Assembly (NCBI GenBank): GCA_010015805.1
Contig: ML978138.1
Location: 434,001-498,000 of the forward strand
Source: Rhizodiscina lignyota
Lineage: Eukaryota
Reading direction: 5' to 3'
Length of the DNA stretch: 64,000 nt
The position numbers and the translations under genes were made by a program. This document shows positions 23,482 to 36,015 of the stretch, one piece after another. The notes below the pieces were generated by a model that saw nothing but the letters and a program-made list of their open reading frames with translations, was not told the origin of the DNA and made no database searches. The first letter of the stretch is position 1, and the number at the start of each line of letters is the position of its first letter.

Positions 23482-25417
23482 ATGGCGGCTCTTCCGAACT
23501 GGCGCGATACGATGAACTTCTATTTCAAAGAGCAAAAAGCAATTTTTCTTAATGCGCGACCGGCATTGACAGAAGGTACGATCATATGGCACGCAGAGAT
23601 GATTGCAGAGTCGAGGATCAGGATCAGCTGAACGGTCAATAGCGCAGAAAAAGGCAGCCCTCAGAACTCTATATCTTCGAGATATGTGGGCGAGTCTCAA
23701 TCAAGCAGAGAGGGACGCAGCCCGACTAAGAGCAGCAAACGCAGCAGCCGCTAATGCTCCTCCTGTTATCAACACTGGCGGCCTCCATCCCACGGCAGCG
23801 GAAATAGCTTTAGAGAACGCGGCAGCTGCAAACGCGCATATCACTCAGCCTGAGCTCATCGATTTGAATAGAACAATTGAAACACGACCACAGAGGAAGT
23901 TTCATGATCGGGAATTAGAAAGACAGACAAGAGCTCTTAGATTCTGGGATAACTTCGCTACGCCTTCACGACGGCGGTGGTGGCGAGTCTGGCGTACACA
24001 TCGTAGAGGCATCACGCGGGATGTTACAAGGGGGCTCAAGCAGAGAGAGAAGGCACTGACAAACGCACAGCGAGCGCTTTGGGAGAATGAAGCTTCGCGG
24101 CTTGATACTCGTCGGAGACGACTGGGTGGTATTTGGAATATTCCACTGCCGGATCCAACCGCGCCACTATTCAATCATTTGAGTACGCATGTCCAACAAT
24201 TAGGTCCTGGAGAACAGTGGGTTGCGTAGGTGCTCCAAGCCGATAGTGTACAGTTATGTATAGCTAACGCGTAGCTATTCAGACGACGAGTGCTCGGCAA
24301 GGGCGGCCAAGGATGTGCAACTCAACTCATTGTGATCGACAATGCCGAGAACATTCGATTTGTGAGTGATACTCTAGGAATGATTGCGTCTTCTTGCTTC
24401 ATAATCTGATCGACCTCATAACTGACATTCTCGTTTTAGAACCTTGCCGTGAAATCCTCTATCAATCCGATTAACCTTCCCGCTGCTGCTCCATCAGCCA
24501 TGAACAAAACTCTGGGCCCCGGCATACCAAATGAGTGTTGGTGGACCAAGGAAGCCTACAGCACAGCTCCAGATTATGTTCCTATCGCATGGGATGAACA
24601 TTGGGCGCAAGGTCAACGTTTCTACTTGCCCATGGAGTATATGCCGTTTGGCAGCCTCCAGGAACTAATATGGAGACATCTCAATCCACCCAACGGCAGT
24701 GGGCGAACGCCTATTCCGGAGCCGTTCATCTGGCTGCTTCTTGATCGCCTTAGTCAAGCAGGTACCCAGTTCTCCGTGGCCGAATGGTTCCCAAGAGCGG
24801 TCGATCCGCTTGTCTCCCAGCGACCTCTGCTGCATCTAGACATAAAACCTGACAATATCTTACTCGGCAACTATAGGACCAGTAATGCCACAGGAACCGC
24901 TGATTTTCCGGCATACGAATATCCATACCTGTCAGACTTTGGATGCGCGCGACCGGATCGCAACATCCCGAAAGTAGTCGACTCCCCCAACCTACCAGGT
25001 ACATTGGGCTACAGGGCTCCGGAGCACATGGGGGACGACACGCAAGCGTATACGCAGCAATCGGATCTCTATATCATGGGCATCACAGCATGGTGTCTGA
25101 TGGAGCTTAACATGGCTCCACCGCTCCTCCGACACGAAGTTCAAAACAACTCAACGGTTCCCCAGACGCACGTGTTCACGATACCTTCTCCGTATAGCAT
25201 TCAGCTACAGAACTTCGTTACGAATATGATGACGCGGAACATTTTGAACAGGCCAGATTTCACTATGATGCAGCTCATGGCATGGAGTTCTCTAAACAAT
25301 TTGAATATGCTGCAGAGCCGGTGGCCAACAGCTGCAGTGCCGAACCACACACAGATATTCTTTGGCGATGATCATTATCCCACAGGACAGACAGTGCCCG
25401 CACGGGAAGACTGGTAG
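23482..25417 (+). CDS. Divergent Ser/Thr protein kinase (non-RD) with a long Arg/Ala-rich N-terminal extension; 4 exons
   Basis: Introns at about 23576-23642, 24226-24282 and 24362-24439 join GKGGQG, LAVKS, MEYMPFGSL, HLDIKPDNILL, SDFG, GTLGYRAPE and SDLYIMG. Confidence 0.85.
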
Positions 25418-25563
25418 CCAGTTATGAATGAAACCAAAGTTCTTTTCAAAATTCCTTAGCTCCATAAACACCCCGATTGACCGCTCCTCAACGCTTACGG
25501 TGCATATGTCCTGACTCTCCCTATCAATGCTGGTCACTCAGGAATAGCAGACATCCACGACCT

Positions 25564-26707
25564 CTACGCCTTCGTCAATCCCACAAGACTGTTGCTCACC
25601 TCCCACAGCCTGTCCTCCGCCTCCTCATCGAACGCGTGCGGCGCAAAGCCAATATCAAAGTTTCCAGGCACCTCTGGCTGCGGCCCACACGTCTGACAAT
25701 TCTCCAACCAGAGCCTCCCCTTGCCCTGCAGAACTTTCGCCACGGCTCCCCAAACCGTCGTCGCAGCGCCCTGCTCCACGCTTTTCATCCCCTTCCGGAT
25801 CTCGTCGTTCTGTTCCCAGACGCTCCTCAGCGCCTCGGGTACATGCACCTGGAGCCCTGTAGAGATACCGCCCGGGTGAAGGGCCATGGCGTGCAGATTC
25901 TGCGCGCCGTAGTGTCGGTGGATGTACGAGGCGAAATAGATGTTGGCGGTCTTGGACTGCCCGTATGCCGACCACTCGTTGTATGCACCGGAACCTTGGG
26001 GATCGAAGTTGAGGTTGTCGAAGCGGATGCCGCCCGCCCGGTGGCCCATTGATGAGACGGCGACGACTCGCGAGGGGAACTCCGGTGTTGCAGACTTGAG
26101 TATTGTGTCCTTGAGGAGCTGGAAGAGGAGGAAGTGTGCGAGGTGGTTGGTGCCGAACTGTGTTTCGAAGCCATCTTTTGTGCGGCCTTCGGGGGTGGCC
26201 ATGACACCTGTTTGGAGCGTCAGTACTTATACCATGAGCTGGAGGTGCTGTGAAGGCGTATGTACCAGCATTGGCGATCAAAATGTTAAGCTTATCACTC
26301 TTACTCAGAAATTCCTGCGCCGCCTTTCTCACAGATTCCAAACTCTCGTTGTCCATCTCAATCAGTTCGATCTGCTGCCCATTCTTACCTGCCTTCTCCA
26401 TGATCTCGTCAACGACCTTCTGAGTCTTCTCGCGGTTTCGGCCAGTTACAAACACCTTCGCGCCGGTAGCCTGCAGCGCCCTGGCAGTCTCGATGCCGAT
26501 ACCACTACTGGCACCAGTGATGAGGGCGACCTTGTCAGTCCACTTGCCAATGAGACCCTCATCCTCAATGATATCAAGGGCTGTGGGACGCTGGTCGCCT
26601 GGGCCGTTGGTGTTGACGAAACGGTCTTTGTATGGAGCAATGATCTCCGTGGGGTAGGTAGCAGAAGCAGAAGGCTTGAAGTCTTTGTTCTGAAAGGGGT
26701 TGGACAT
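25564..26707 (-). CDS. Short-chain dehydrogenase/reductase, WWOX/retinol dehydrogenase-like; 2 exons
   Basis: TGASSGIG, IANAG|VMATP, QFGTNHLAHF, VSSMGH and YGQSK catalytic motif. Confidence 0.92.
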
Positions 26708-27246
26708 CTTGAAGGTACGATCAGGAATAGGTATTTGTCGTAGAAGAAATAGTCTTGATCTTGAGAATTGGAAGCTCAGGAATTAGAGAGATAGGAAGCT
26801 TTGAGGGGCTCTGAAAGTCAGACGGAGGAATCTGTTACGGTTCATATATGTGAAAAGAAAACCGTAGGCAGCTACTTATATTTCTCGTCTTGAAGTCGTA
26901 CAATGCATCTACGTATGCATAGGCTGTGCCAATCTCCGTAGGCGTCCGTGCTAGGCGAGCCTTAATTCCATCGATTGATGATGCAATGAGTTAGAGGCGT
27001 TTTCGTCTTTCCCGCACTTGGTTAGCCGAATCGTTAGAATAGCCTTTCATCAGCCCTGAGACTCGGCGTCTCATGGGAGTGGTTCGTTGAAAGTTACCCA
27101 GTTAAGTCTCCGAATCGGGCCAAAATCCCAGGCCGAGTTTGTTCGTCCGCCCTTCACACACACCAACACAACTGCGCAATAGACCACAAACAAACCTCAG
27201 TTACTTGATAGCACGGCTTCAATCCCCTTCTGTTAACTCCGAACCA

Positions 27247-28797
27247 ATGTCTGGCTCGTTCGCCTTTGGCTTCTCGGGTGACGACATAGAGGACGGCGAC
27301 GGAATTGGTCGTGGAGAAGCCGAGCAACCTCGACGACCGAAGGCATCAAGTTCCACGGCGAATTCGGCCGAACAAGAGGTTACGACTTCTGCTCCTGCTC
27401 AGGCACACGATGTTGAGAAATTGGTAGGTCATGGCGGTGCTGCCTGCCAGTATACAATGAAAGAATTACGCAAGTCTCTTTTGTTCACAGGAAGGCCCAC
27501 GCAATTTTTTCACGCATCACATGTCGCTTGTTTCGTACATTGATACTCTTCTCTAGCGGCCGCCAGGAGCCCTCATTCAGACCCTAAAGCCAGACCCTAA
27601 AGCGGCCGCACATTGTTTACTACCTCACCGTATTTCATCATCTTCTTCTTGCTATCTACTTCCTAATTTCGAAACCACCATCAATTCAGCCCTCCCGGCC
27701 GAGTGGCCATCTTAACCATCTTGAATAATGCTGACTCGCCCTCTCAGCTCGCAACGCTGCCATCTCAAATCTCGTACAGTAGCATTGAGATTGAATCGCC
27801 CAAAGGGAAGAAGCTCCTACTCCCCCGACGGGAGCTGTTTGACATTCGCATGCAGCTCGCGGCCGAAGACGATGGTGATGACGACAATGAGGCCGAATTA
27901 TCAAACCTCGAAGGATCCGATATCCGGACCAATGTCTATGAAGGTGGCTTCAAGAGCTGGGAGTGCTCGATAGACCTCGCGCGGCTCTTACTCGATCGCG
28001 GACCCAGGAAGGACATTGATGACCTATGTCGAGTGGACCATGTGATCGAGGTACGGAGTAGAATTTCCTCGTCAGTAACAATTAGAAAGCAGATCGACTC
28101 TCATGATACTCCCATGGTCACGATTCAATGAAGCTACGCTCAATGATATAAATACTGACGTTGAGATACACAGTTGGGCTGCGGCACCGCCATTCCTACC
28201 CTCATCCTCTTCCACTATGCCCTCGTCTCAGAGCTCTCAATATACTTCACCCTCAGCGACTTCAACGCCGCCGTGCTGCGTCTCGTCACCCTTCCCAATC
28301 TCCTCCTCACCTGGGCATCTACCGTTGCCGAAATGGATGCTCCCTTCAGTGCCGCTTCCCCCAACCCCCTCGCAACCTCCCCAGCAGGGGAGCTCGAAGT
28401 CACGCCCACCTTAACTAAAGCCTTTCTCAGTACTTTAAGGAATCAGAATCTCATATTGAATCTGATATCCGGATCGTGGTCGCCCGCGCCGCAGTTCACA
28501 AATCTGATTTCGCACGCGCCGGAGATGAATACCTTAGTACTAGCGTCTGAGACGATTTACTCTTCTGCGTCACTATCTACCTTCACCGAGGCGCTAATTG
28601 GGATTTTGAAACGCGTGCGTATGGGCAAAGCAATGGTTGCCGCAAAGCGCGTGTACTTCGGCGTTGGCGGGAGCGTCGACACCTTCAAGACTGAGTGTGC
28701 TGGTGGAGGGGCGGTAGCGTACGAGATTGACAACACAGGGATGGACTTGGATGCGAGTGGAGTGAGGAGGTGCTTGATGGAAGTTCAGATGATGTGA
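27247..28797 (+). CDS. HPM1: Histidine protein methyltransferase 1 (Hpm1/METTL18 family); 3 exons
   Basis: FAFGFSGDDIE, PRRELFDIRMQL, VYEGGFKSWECSIDL, motif I IE|LGCGTAIP, LASETIYS and AAKRVYFGVGG. Introns 27424-27747 and 28051-28173. Confidence 0.88.
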
Positions 28798-29063
28798 GGT
28801 CATTCTTGGTGATTTGTAAGATAGAAATGTTCGCCCCAAAGGGGCTACTTAAAAAGCACGCTGTCTCACAACCACCTGGGGGATATGTGCTCTAATCAAA
28901 TGCCGTCGTTATTTGTCTAGTAATGCAATGTCTTGAAGTACGCTAGAGACAGATATGCAACCGCTGAAGCGCGACAGACCCATGACAAACCCAAACTCCA
29001 TCCGCTATGCGTAAACATCAACCTATCCCGGCAAAGCAATCAACGAAATAAAACAGGCACGAC

Positions 29064-31639
29064 CTATGCCGGCAGAGCGACTGTCTCACTCCCCCTCCGA
29101 CTCTTCCGCTCCGGCGAATTCAAAATCAACTCCTGCAGCTCGCCATTCAAATCTGCATCCTTTGGCGGCTCCGAATACGAGACATGCGGCGTTCTGTCGG
29201 CGCCGAGATTCAGAGCCTCCAGCTCATCCTCTGGCAGCAGCCCATTCTCATGCTCTTCCGGCTCTGCCACAAGACCTCCATCATATATATCAGAGTACAT
29301 GGAATTCTCCATCTCCGAGTTGATCTCCTCATCCATACCATCGTCGCCTTCGATACTGTCGAGGATACTCGAGTTGCCCAAGCCCTCATCAATAGAGTCA
29401 CGGCTGAAGTAACTCGCCTCCATATCTTCGCCCTCGCCGTACTCATCCTCGCTGCGCAATGTTGCATCGTCTTCGTCGTCGCTATCATCGCTCTCGCTCG
29501 CCGAGAAATCGTCCAACTGCAGCGGTTGTTCGCGCCAATAATTAAAATCGGTGAACTCCTCGCCCCCCTCTTTAATCAGCATGCCAACAGGCGGGAAGTA
29601 GTGATCCACCAACTCGCGCATAGTAACGTACCCCGTGCGGTATGTGTTCAACGTGACCAAATCTAGACTGACTTCAGCGTTAGAATTGATAGTGAAAATC
29701 CTTTGTTGTGGGATGTTGACGCTACGATAGCTTAGCGCGTCAGTAAAGCGGTTTCCAAAGCCAGCGTAGAAGGGCGTTTCGCGCTGGTTGAAGAGCGACA
29801 TGATATCCCTTAGACAGGCCATTTTGAAGACCTCCGGTTTGCGGAGATACACTTCGCGCTTCAACGCCGCCATTGTACGGTCGGGGCTCATGATCACTGG
29901 TCCTTTGGGGAGTTTGTATCCTTCCTGCTGCACACCGTTTAGATAGCCACGTGTGGTGTCGGCTTGGCCGACGCTGCGGCTCGTTAGGTAGAAGATATTG
30001 TAGCCGTTCGCTGAAATGTCGGTGTACAGCTTTGCGACGCCAAGATGCGTCCAGTCGCGGCCGATGCTGTTCATGAACTGGCCCATGACGTCTGATTTGG
30101 TGATGGTGCCATCGATGTCCGAGATGACAATGGGGGTCGTATAAGACCAGAGATAGATGAATGCTTGACAGACGGCGCGATTGACGGTAAAGGACATGCT
30201 ATTTCCTCCTGGATGGAGGTTGAGAGACTTCAGTTGGTCGCTCGTCAGACGGAGTGTCTTGGCATAGCTTTTCACCGGTTCAGATGGAGGAGACGGTGGC
30301 TGCTCTGGAGAGGTCGGGGTCGATGAGAGCCCGAGAGCGGAATCAGAGTCATGGCGTTGGCGAGTGGGAGGAGCGAGTCCAGCATCTATATCGTCCTGGT
30401 CGTCGTCGCTGTGATATCCAGGATCTGAAATGGCGTCTGAGGAACGCATAGCTGCTGGTTGAAGGCCTTTCAATTTCGCCGAAAGCTCCACCTTGCGATT
30501 TGCTGCGTCCTTCGCCTCTTCACTGCTGTAAATCCAAATGTTGCCATTCTCGTCTACGCCAATAAGTGCACCGATGTCATAGTCGCCTTCAAGCTCCTCC
30601 GAAAGCAGTTTACGAGCAATGACCTCCGCACGCAAGGCCTGCTCTTCCGTTGACTTGTACCCAGTCATGTCCAACATCAAATCGCCTGTCTCTGTTACCG
30701 TTGCAGGTATATTCGAGCTCCACAGCTTTTTCGACAAATTCACTGCGCGTGTCATAGCCTCGTTCTGTGAGACGGGAGGCGGACTGCCTGTTCGGTTGAG
30801 CGCAACTTCGGTAGGCATGATATCTTCTGGTGGTTCTGACTGGCTTCTCCCCTGGTCAAACTGCCTAGCGAATGCAGACCTGACGGAGGGTGGAATATCA
30901 TCTTCTGTTATTGACCGTCGAATGGTTGGCACCGGCGCCGACCAATCACCTGATGTTGGCCTGGCCGGCGATTCAGTTGGCGAAGTTGCACGAGGTGTTG
31001 AATCGCCTAAAGCTCCGTTAGACATAATGTTCCTGTTCTAACAGTCCTAAAGTTGTAATTCCACCCACCTCCATCACTTGTTGACCGTATCAGTGAGGGA
31101 TGATCCGCAGACGCATCATCCAATGCCGCCTTTGTAACAACTGGCGATGTTATGCTCAGGTCTAACGGCTCTGGTTCTGGTAGGTCGCCATTCGGAGGTG
31201 CGGATGGATGTGGCTGAGGCGACGCTTCAGGAGAGACCAAAGGCGATGTTTGCATGGCTTCGGGTATGCTCTCGGTGGTCTCGAATACAAAAAACGCTTC
31301 ACCACCTTCGCCGAGTTTCATGGGATAGTCTTGCTTGACATCGTTGACGGTGAATTGGACCTGTCATATGTTCAGCGGACGCGGACGTGACACTGCTCTC
31401 CATCCACGAACCTTCTTGTCTGATGGCCGGAGAAGCTGGATCTTTCCAAAGCGGACGTGGAATGGCGAGCAAGCCAGCGAACCTATGCCTTTTTAGCAGC
31501 TGTTCCATGCATGGCTTCCAGATGAATTACCATCCTGCTGTTCCACCACAATGACGTCGATGGCACCGCTCAGGGTGGCGGGATTAATAGAATTCCATGT
31601 CTTCGACACCGATCCGGAGATTGACCTAATGTACTGCAT
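29064..31639 (-). CDS. PAH1: Lipin / Mg2+-dependent phosphatidate phosphatase (Pah1/Ned1/Smp2)
   Basis: N-LIP MQYIRSISGSVSKTWNSINPATLSGAIDVIVVEQ, CSPFHVRFGK and MKLGEGGEAFFVF. C-LIP HAD motif DIDGT and FYAGFGNR. Confidence 0.95.
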
Positions 31640-32205
31640 GTTGTATTGTTCGTCAGGCTCAGGCAGGCACGCAGCCGCCGTATGGCCCTGAGTTGTATGC
31701 GTTAAGCCGGTGCCTAGCGGTCAAAGAATGTATTTATGTCGGAATTGTGTGGAGTAGCGCGCAAGCAAATCAGCAATTCTCGGCGTGTAAGTGAGGCCCG
31801 ACACTTGTACTTCGACGGCAGAGGGAGGAATGGGTGTAATATGGGTGGACGCGGTTGAGCGGTGGTTGAATGAGAGCGTTGAGCAGTGAGACAAGGGTGC
31901 GTGCGGCGTGCAGAAGAAGAGAGCAGAAGAACGCAGGCCGCTAGATTAAATGTGTGTATGAGGGTGGTTGAAAGTGTAAAAAGGAGTGGAGAGCTGCGAA
32001 TTGAAGGTTCAGTTCTTATGAGTGTCGGACAAACTCTCCGTCATCTCCTCGTGCTCGTTGCGTTGCGTTGCCATGCGATGCGCGTCACGAGCAACAAACT
32101 ACCTACGATCCCTGTCGGCCACCCCTGTCGGCCGCCGGCCCGAAATGTCCGCCTCCTCTCGCTCGGCCCTGCAGCGACGTCCCTTAGTCCTAAGGTCCCT
32201 CACAT

Positions 32206-35200
32206 GTGTCTGCGGCCAGCGACGAACAACTCCATCCAACCTCACCCCTCACCCACCGTCCGCCGCCTGAGATGGCGTCTCCAACTGGCCTGCTGCACTG
32301 GCACACCGATGCCGTGGCCACGATGGAGATCCTCTCAAAGTTTGCCGACTTCACCGAGACCTGGTTCAAGAGCGTGACCATCTGCATCGCCGCCTTCTGG
32401 CTGTCGTACCGCATCTACCAGGTCATCCTGAAGCCCGTCAACGAGCTGGTCGACCTGCTTGGCCTCGAGGTCCCCGACGCGCCGAGCGTCTCCCTCGCTG
32501 GCATCAAGGCGGACGGTGTCCTGCTAGGATGGAAACCTCCCGATGCGCACAGCTCAGTCTCGAAGCACCATGTTCTGATCAACGGCATAAATATTGGCGA
32601 GGTCTCCTCGCGCGAGAATTCAGTTACTATCAACAACCTCAAACCTGACCATTCTTACACCGTGCGCGTCATAGCGGCCAATGCGAACTTTCAATCTGCG
32701 AGCGAACCTATTCGATTCACCACCAAACCTGCCTCGTCTGGAGACTTTTTCTGCTCGCCTCACGACGACCATGAACCGAGGGCAGCTGAAGAAACGGGCG
32801 AGAAAGTCCCAACGGTCCTACCATGCAAGGCTCTCTTCGAACCAAATCTCCAACTCACCCCACCGCCTCCTTTGACCCGCGAGCACAGCAACAGTCTATC
32901 CCAGAAAAGAAGCCCCCAAGCGCGCCGGGTATCGCCAATAATGACCGGTGCTGATGTTCGCGCAGTGTACGAAGACCAGAGCGAGCAGGAAGAGTCTGTC
33001 CGAATTCTCACGGAAAGGCTCGAAAGCCTGCGTCGCGAGATTGAGGAGGCGGAGCGGCAGGAGAAAGACGAAGCGGAGGACTTTGAGACTACGAAAACCA
33101 GCCTTACAGACGAGCGTGATAGGTTCAAGCAACAAGTAAAAGAGAAAGATGACACGAGCAAAGACATTCGCAAAGAGACTAACAAGTTGGAGGTCGAGAA
33201 CCGTCAGGCACAAGCGCGCAAGAATACCGCAGACAGGAAATTCCAGGACAAGAGGAAAGAGCGCAAGAAGCTGCAGGACGACATTGCGCGCTGGGATAAG
33301 GAGATTGAGAAGTTCCAGGCGGACGCGGAGAAGGTGCTGCGACAGCGGGAAGAGTTTGAAAGCGAGACAAAGCAAAAGCTTGATGAGCACCGCGACAAGC
33401 TGGCGAGCAAGCAGAATGATAACAAAGATTTGGAGGATGAAAATAGAGAGAAGAATGCGCTGATCAAATCGCTAGAGGAGGAGAAGAAGACCATCTCTGC
33501 AGGCGATGGAGAACCAATCCAACAGGCTGGAGAGAGTGTGATTGTGGATAATGAGGTGAGGGAGTGGGAAGAGAAACTACGGATGCTGCAGAACCGATAT
33601 CAGATGGCGTGGAGCCAAATGATGCAGGCGGAGACCGTGTTCAATCAATGCCACCGGCATCTTGAGAGTCTGCAACAGCGAAGGCTAAGTTCGCCGCAGC
33701 TGTTTGCACAGACGCCTACTCTCGAAGCCGCACCTGTTACGCGACATGGCAGCAATCGACGACAACGAGCGAGCAGCATGCGCAGCGAAATCCACTCTCC
33801 GTCGACTGCTGTCTATCCTGGCGTCAGCGGGCCGCCATTCAACAATAGCATCTCCAGTATCTCTCCCACCTTCTCCGGTGGCTCTCCGTTTTTCAATATG
33901 AATAACGGGATGACTTTAGAGCCTCAAGAAGCACCACGACGACCGTTATCATTGACGCAGGCCCAGGCCGATGCTCTGACTGGTGGCGCACCAATGAGTC
34001 CATCCACAGAGGGGGCTCTGCTTCCTTCTGGCTTACTTACAGATGATGCTGACCAAGGCGCTTCTGATATAGAGGGAGACAAGAAGAGCGCCGATGTTCC
34101 GAGATCGAGCGGTCAGAGACCGAGACCTCCTTCGATGAGCGGCGATTCAGCATCGTTGAATGCGAGCAACAGGAATTCAGTCGCTTTACCAGGTCTGGGC
34201 GCTATCCCTGGCTTGGGCCCAGCGTTCGATCCTCCAACTCGCGTTCCAAGCTCACCGGTGTCTGCAGACAGTCGCTCGCCCAGCGTGTTTGCGAGTCCGA
34301 AAGACAGTACTAGCAACTTGTCACATCTCCAAAACGATAGTTTTCCAGAACCTGATAGGCGCTCGATTCGATCCAACACAGGTTCTTCCCGCGGCACCAC
34401 ATCCAGATTCTCGAACATTCTTAATCTGCGTCAGAGAGGGAAGGCAAGCACTGACGAAGGCCCCATGCTAGGCTCACTCAAAGCTGCCCATACGCAATCT
34501 CTGCCACGGCAAGACCCGCCTGGTCAAGATGGGAATGGTGGTCGTCGCAGAGGCAGTCACTCCGGTGGAGGATGGATGCAACCACTCTCAAATGCCTTCT
34601 CGCGTAATATTGGTAGCAGTGGTAAGGGCGCTGCAGATCCAGCAGAAGAAAACGCAGCACCGAGCGAGTCGAGATTCCGTCACATATCAAATATATTTCC
34701 ACGATCGAAGGAGGGTGAGAACCCGGGCTTCTTTGGCACTAGCTTGATCAAACCAACTGCCTCTCAACGGCCGCCATCGACTCATTCTAGTGAGAATCCA
34801 TTCCCTCGCCCTTCAACCGGTAGCCACCAGTTCGGCTGGCCTGTTGGTCCAGGTGTTGAAGGCCCGAATCAGCGCACAAGCCCACTAGGCCCAGATTGGA
34901 TGGGTCCCACTGGCTCCGGACCTTGGTCACGTGTGCCATCAAGAAGACCTTCAGCTCACAGTGGCTTACCAGGTTCAAGTCACGACTTGGCCATGCTCGA
35001 TCCGAACGCGCTCGAACAGCCGCCACGCCGATCCCCCATGCCAATGCCGGTGCCAATTGGCGCTGGCCGGCCGCAGACCTCACAGGGCCAGCCAAGCTCG
35101 GGTGAGAATACATCTGCGCCGCCTACACCTCCAAAACTCAACCCCGCTGCTCCAAGCTTCAATCTGTTCAGGCGCAGCAAGAAGACTGATGACAGTGAGA

Positions 35201-36015
35201 AAAAAGGCAAAGGCAAAGAGAAATCTGGAACCGAAGAACCATCGTCCAGCTCCATAGACCCTTCCGACGATGCCGACGATACTCCCGCCACCGGCCAAAC
35301 CGAGACGCCCAGAGCCGAGCCCGCCACTCTGGCTTCTTCCTCGCCGCCAGAGTCGCGCAAATCCAAAGACACACGCTCCATATCCACTGCTAATGACTCG
35401 ATAGACATCTCCCTACCACGAGAGAGTCTCGAACGCTCTCAATCCCGCACGCCATCGGAGGGCTTTTCAGGCACCCCGAACAGCGGCCTTGCTCTCACGC
35501 CGCAGCTGTCCGCGAAGGAGGGCGGCAAGGAGAGCTTTATGCAGCGCCTCAGCCGCAAGACCAGCGCTACGGGCAGCAAGCTGAAGACGCCGTTCAGCAA
35601 GGAGACGAAAGGGATGGGGCTGTTTGGGAGCGGGAGGAAGGGTGCGACACCGACCTCCATTCCTATCTCCGCGGGTAGCGTGGATGGGATGACGCCTGAT
35701 GAGATGGACGAGGACGGGGGTGGGACGTTGAGTCGCAGTGTGGATAGTATGCCGAGTAGCGGGTTTGGAGGGGGGAGTCCGTTGGTGGGCGCGATGACGA
35801 ATGAGAGCGTGGGTGTGAATGCGAAAGGGAAAGACAAGGAGAATCGGAGTAGTGGGAGGAGCTGGAGCAGTTTGAAGTTGTCAAGCAAGAAGAAGGATAG
35901 GGATAGGGAAAGGGAGAAGGATCGCGCGCCGAGCATCAATGATTCGATGGCGAGCGAGACGGGAGATGAGTTGGATGAGGGAATGCTGCCTGAGGGGGCT
36001 ACGCCTACGGGCTGA
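32206..36015 (+). CDS. Fungal membrane-anchored fibronectin type III + coiled-coil protein with a long disordered C-terminus (intronless)
   Basis: TM segment, FN3 pattern (PSVSLAGIKADGVLLGWKPP..INNLKPDHSYTVRVIA), a long coiled coil and an S/P/G-rich tail. The start may be at a later ATG. Confidence 0.85.
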   Translation: MSAASDEQLHPTSPLTHRPPPEMASPTGLLHWHTDAVATMEILSKFADFTETWFKSVTICIAAFWLSYRIYQVILKPVNELVDLLGLEVPDAPSVSLAGIKADGVLLGWKPPDAHSSVSKHHVLINGINIGEVSSRENSVTINNLKPDHSYTVRVIAANANFQSASEPIRFTTKPASSGDFFCSPHDDHEPRAAEETGEKVPTVLPCKALFEPNLQLTPPPPLTREHSNSLSQKRSPQARRVSPIMTGADVRAVYEDQSEQEESVRILTERLESLRREIEEAERQEKDEAEDFETTKTSLTDERDRFKQQVKEKDDTSKDIRKETNKLEVENRQAQARKNTADRKFQDKRKERKKLQDDIARWDKEIEKFQADAEKVLRQREEFESETKQKLDEHRDKLASKQNDNKDLEDENREKNALIKSLEEEKKTISAGDGEPIQQAGESVIVDNEVREWEEKLRMLQNRYQMAWSQMMQAETVFNQCHRHLESLQQRRLSSPQLFAQTPTLEAAPVTRHGSNRRQRASSMRSEIHSPSTAVYPGVSGPPFNNSISSISPTFSGGSPFFNMNNGMTLEPQEAPRRPLSLTQAQADALTGGAPMSPSTEGALLPSGLLTDDADQGASDIEGDKKSADVPRSSGQRPRPPSMSGDSASLNASNRNSVALPGLGAIPGLGPAFDPPTRVPSSPVSADSRSPSVFASPKDSTSNLSHLQNDSFPEPDRRSIRSNTGSSRGTTSRFSNILNLRQRGKASTDEGPMLGSLKAAHTQSLPRQDPPGQDGNGGRRRGSHSGGGWMQPLSNAFSRNIGSSGKGAADPAEENAAPSESRFRHISNIFPRSKEGENPGFFGTSLIKPTASQRPPSTHSSENPFPRPSTGSHQFGWPVGPGVEGPNQRTSPLGPDWMGPTGSGPWSRVPSRRPSAHSGLPGSSHDLAMLDPNALEQPPRRSPMPMPVPIGAGRPQTSQGQPSSGENTSAPPTPPKLNPAAPSFNLFRRSKKTDDSEKKGKGKEKSGTEEPSSSSIDPSDDADDTPATGQTETPRAEPATLASSSPPESRKSKDTRSISTANDSIDISLPRESLERSQSRTPSEGFSGTPNSGLALTPQLSAKEGGKESFMQRLSRKTSATGSKLKTPFSKETKGMGLFGSGRKGATPTSIPISAGSVDGMTPDEMDEDGGGTLSRSVDSMPSSGFGGGSPLVGAMTNESVGVNAKGKDKENRSSGRSWSSLKLSSKKKDRDREREKDRAPSINDSMASETGDELDEGMLPEGATPTG

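Noticed and set aside
25477..26743. Long plus-strand ORFs (191 and 267 aa) over the SDR gene
   Set aside because: They are antisense frames kept open by GC-rich codon usage, which is common for SDR genes.
27582..27600. CCCTAA hexamers as telomeric repeats or a telomerase RNA template
   Set aside because: There are only two non-adjacent hexamers, within a 13-bp duplication, and no 1.5-repeat template.
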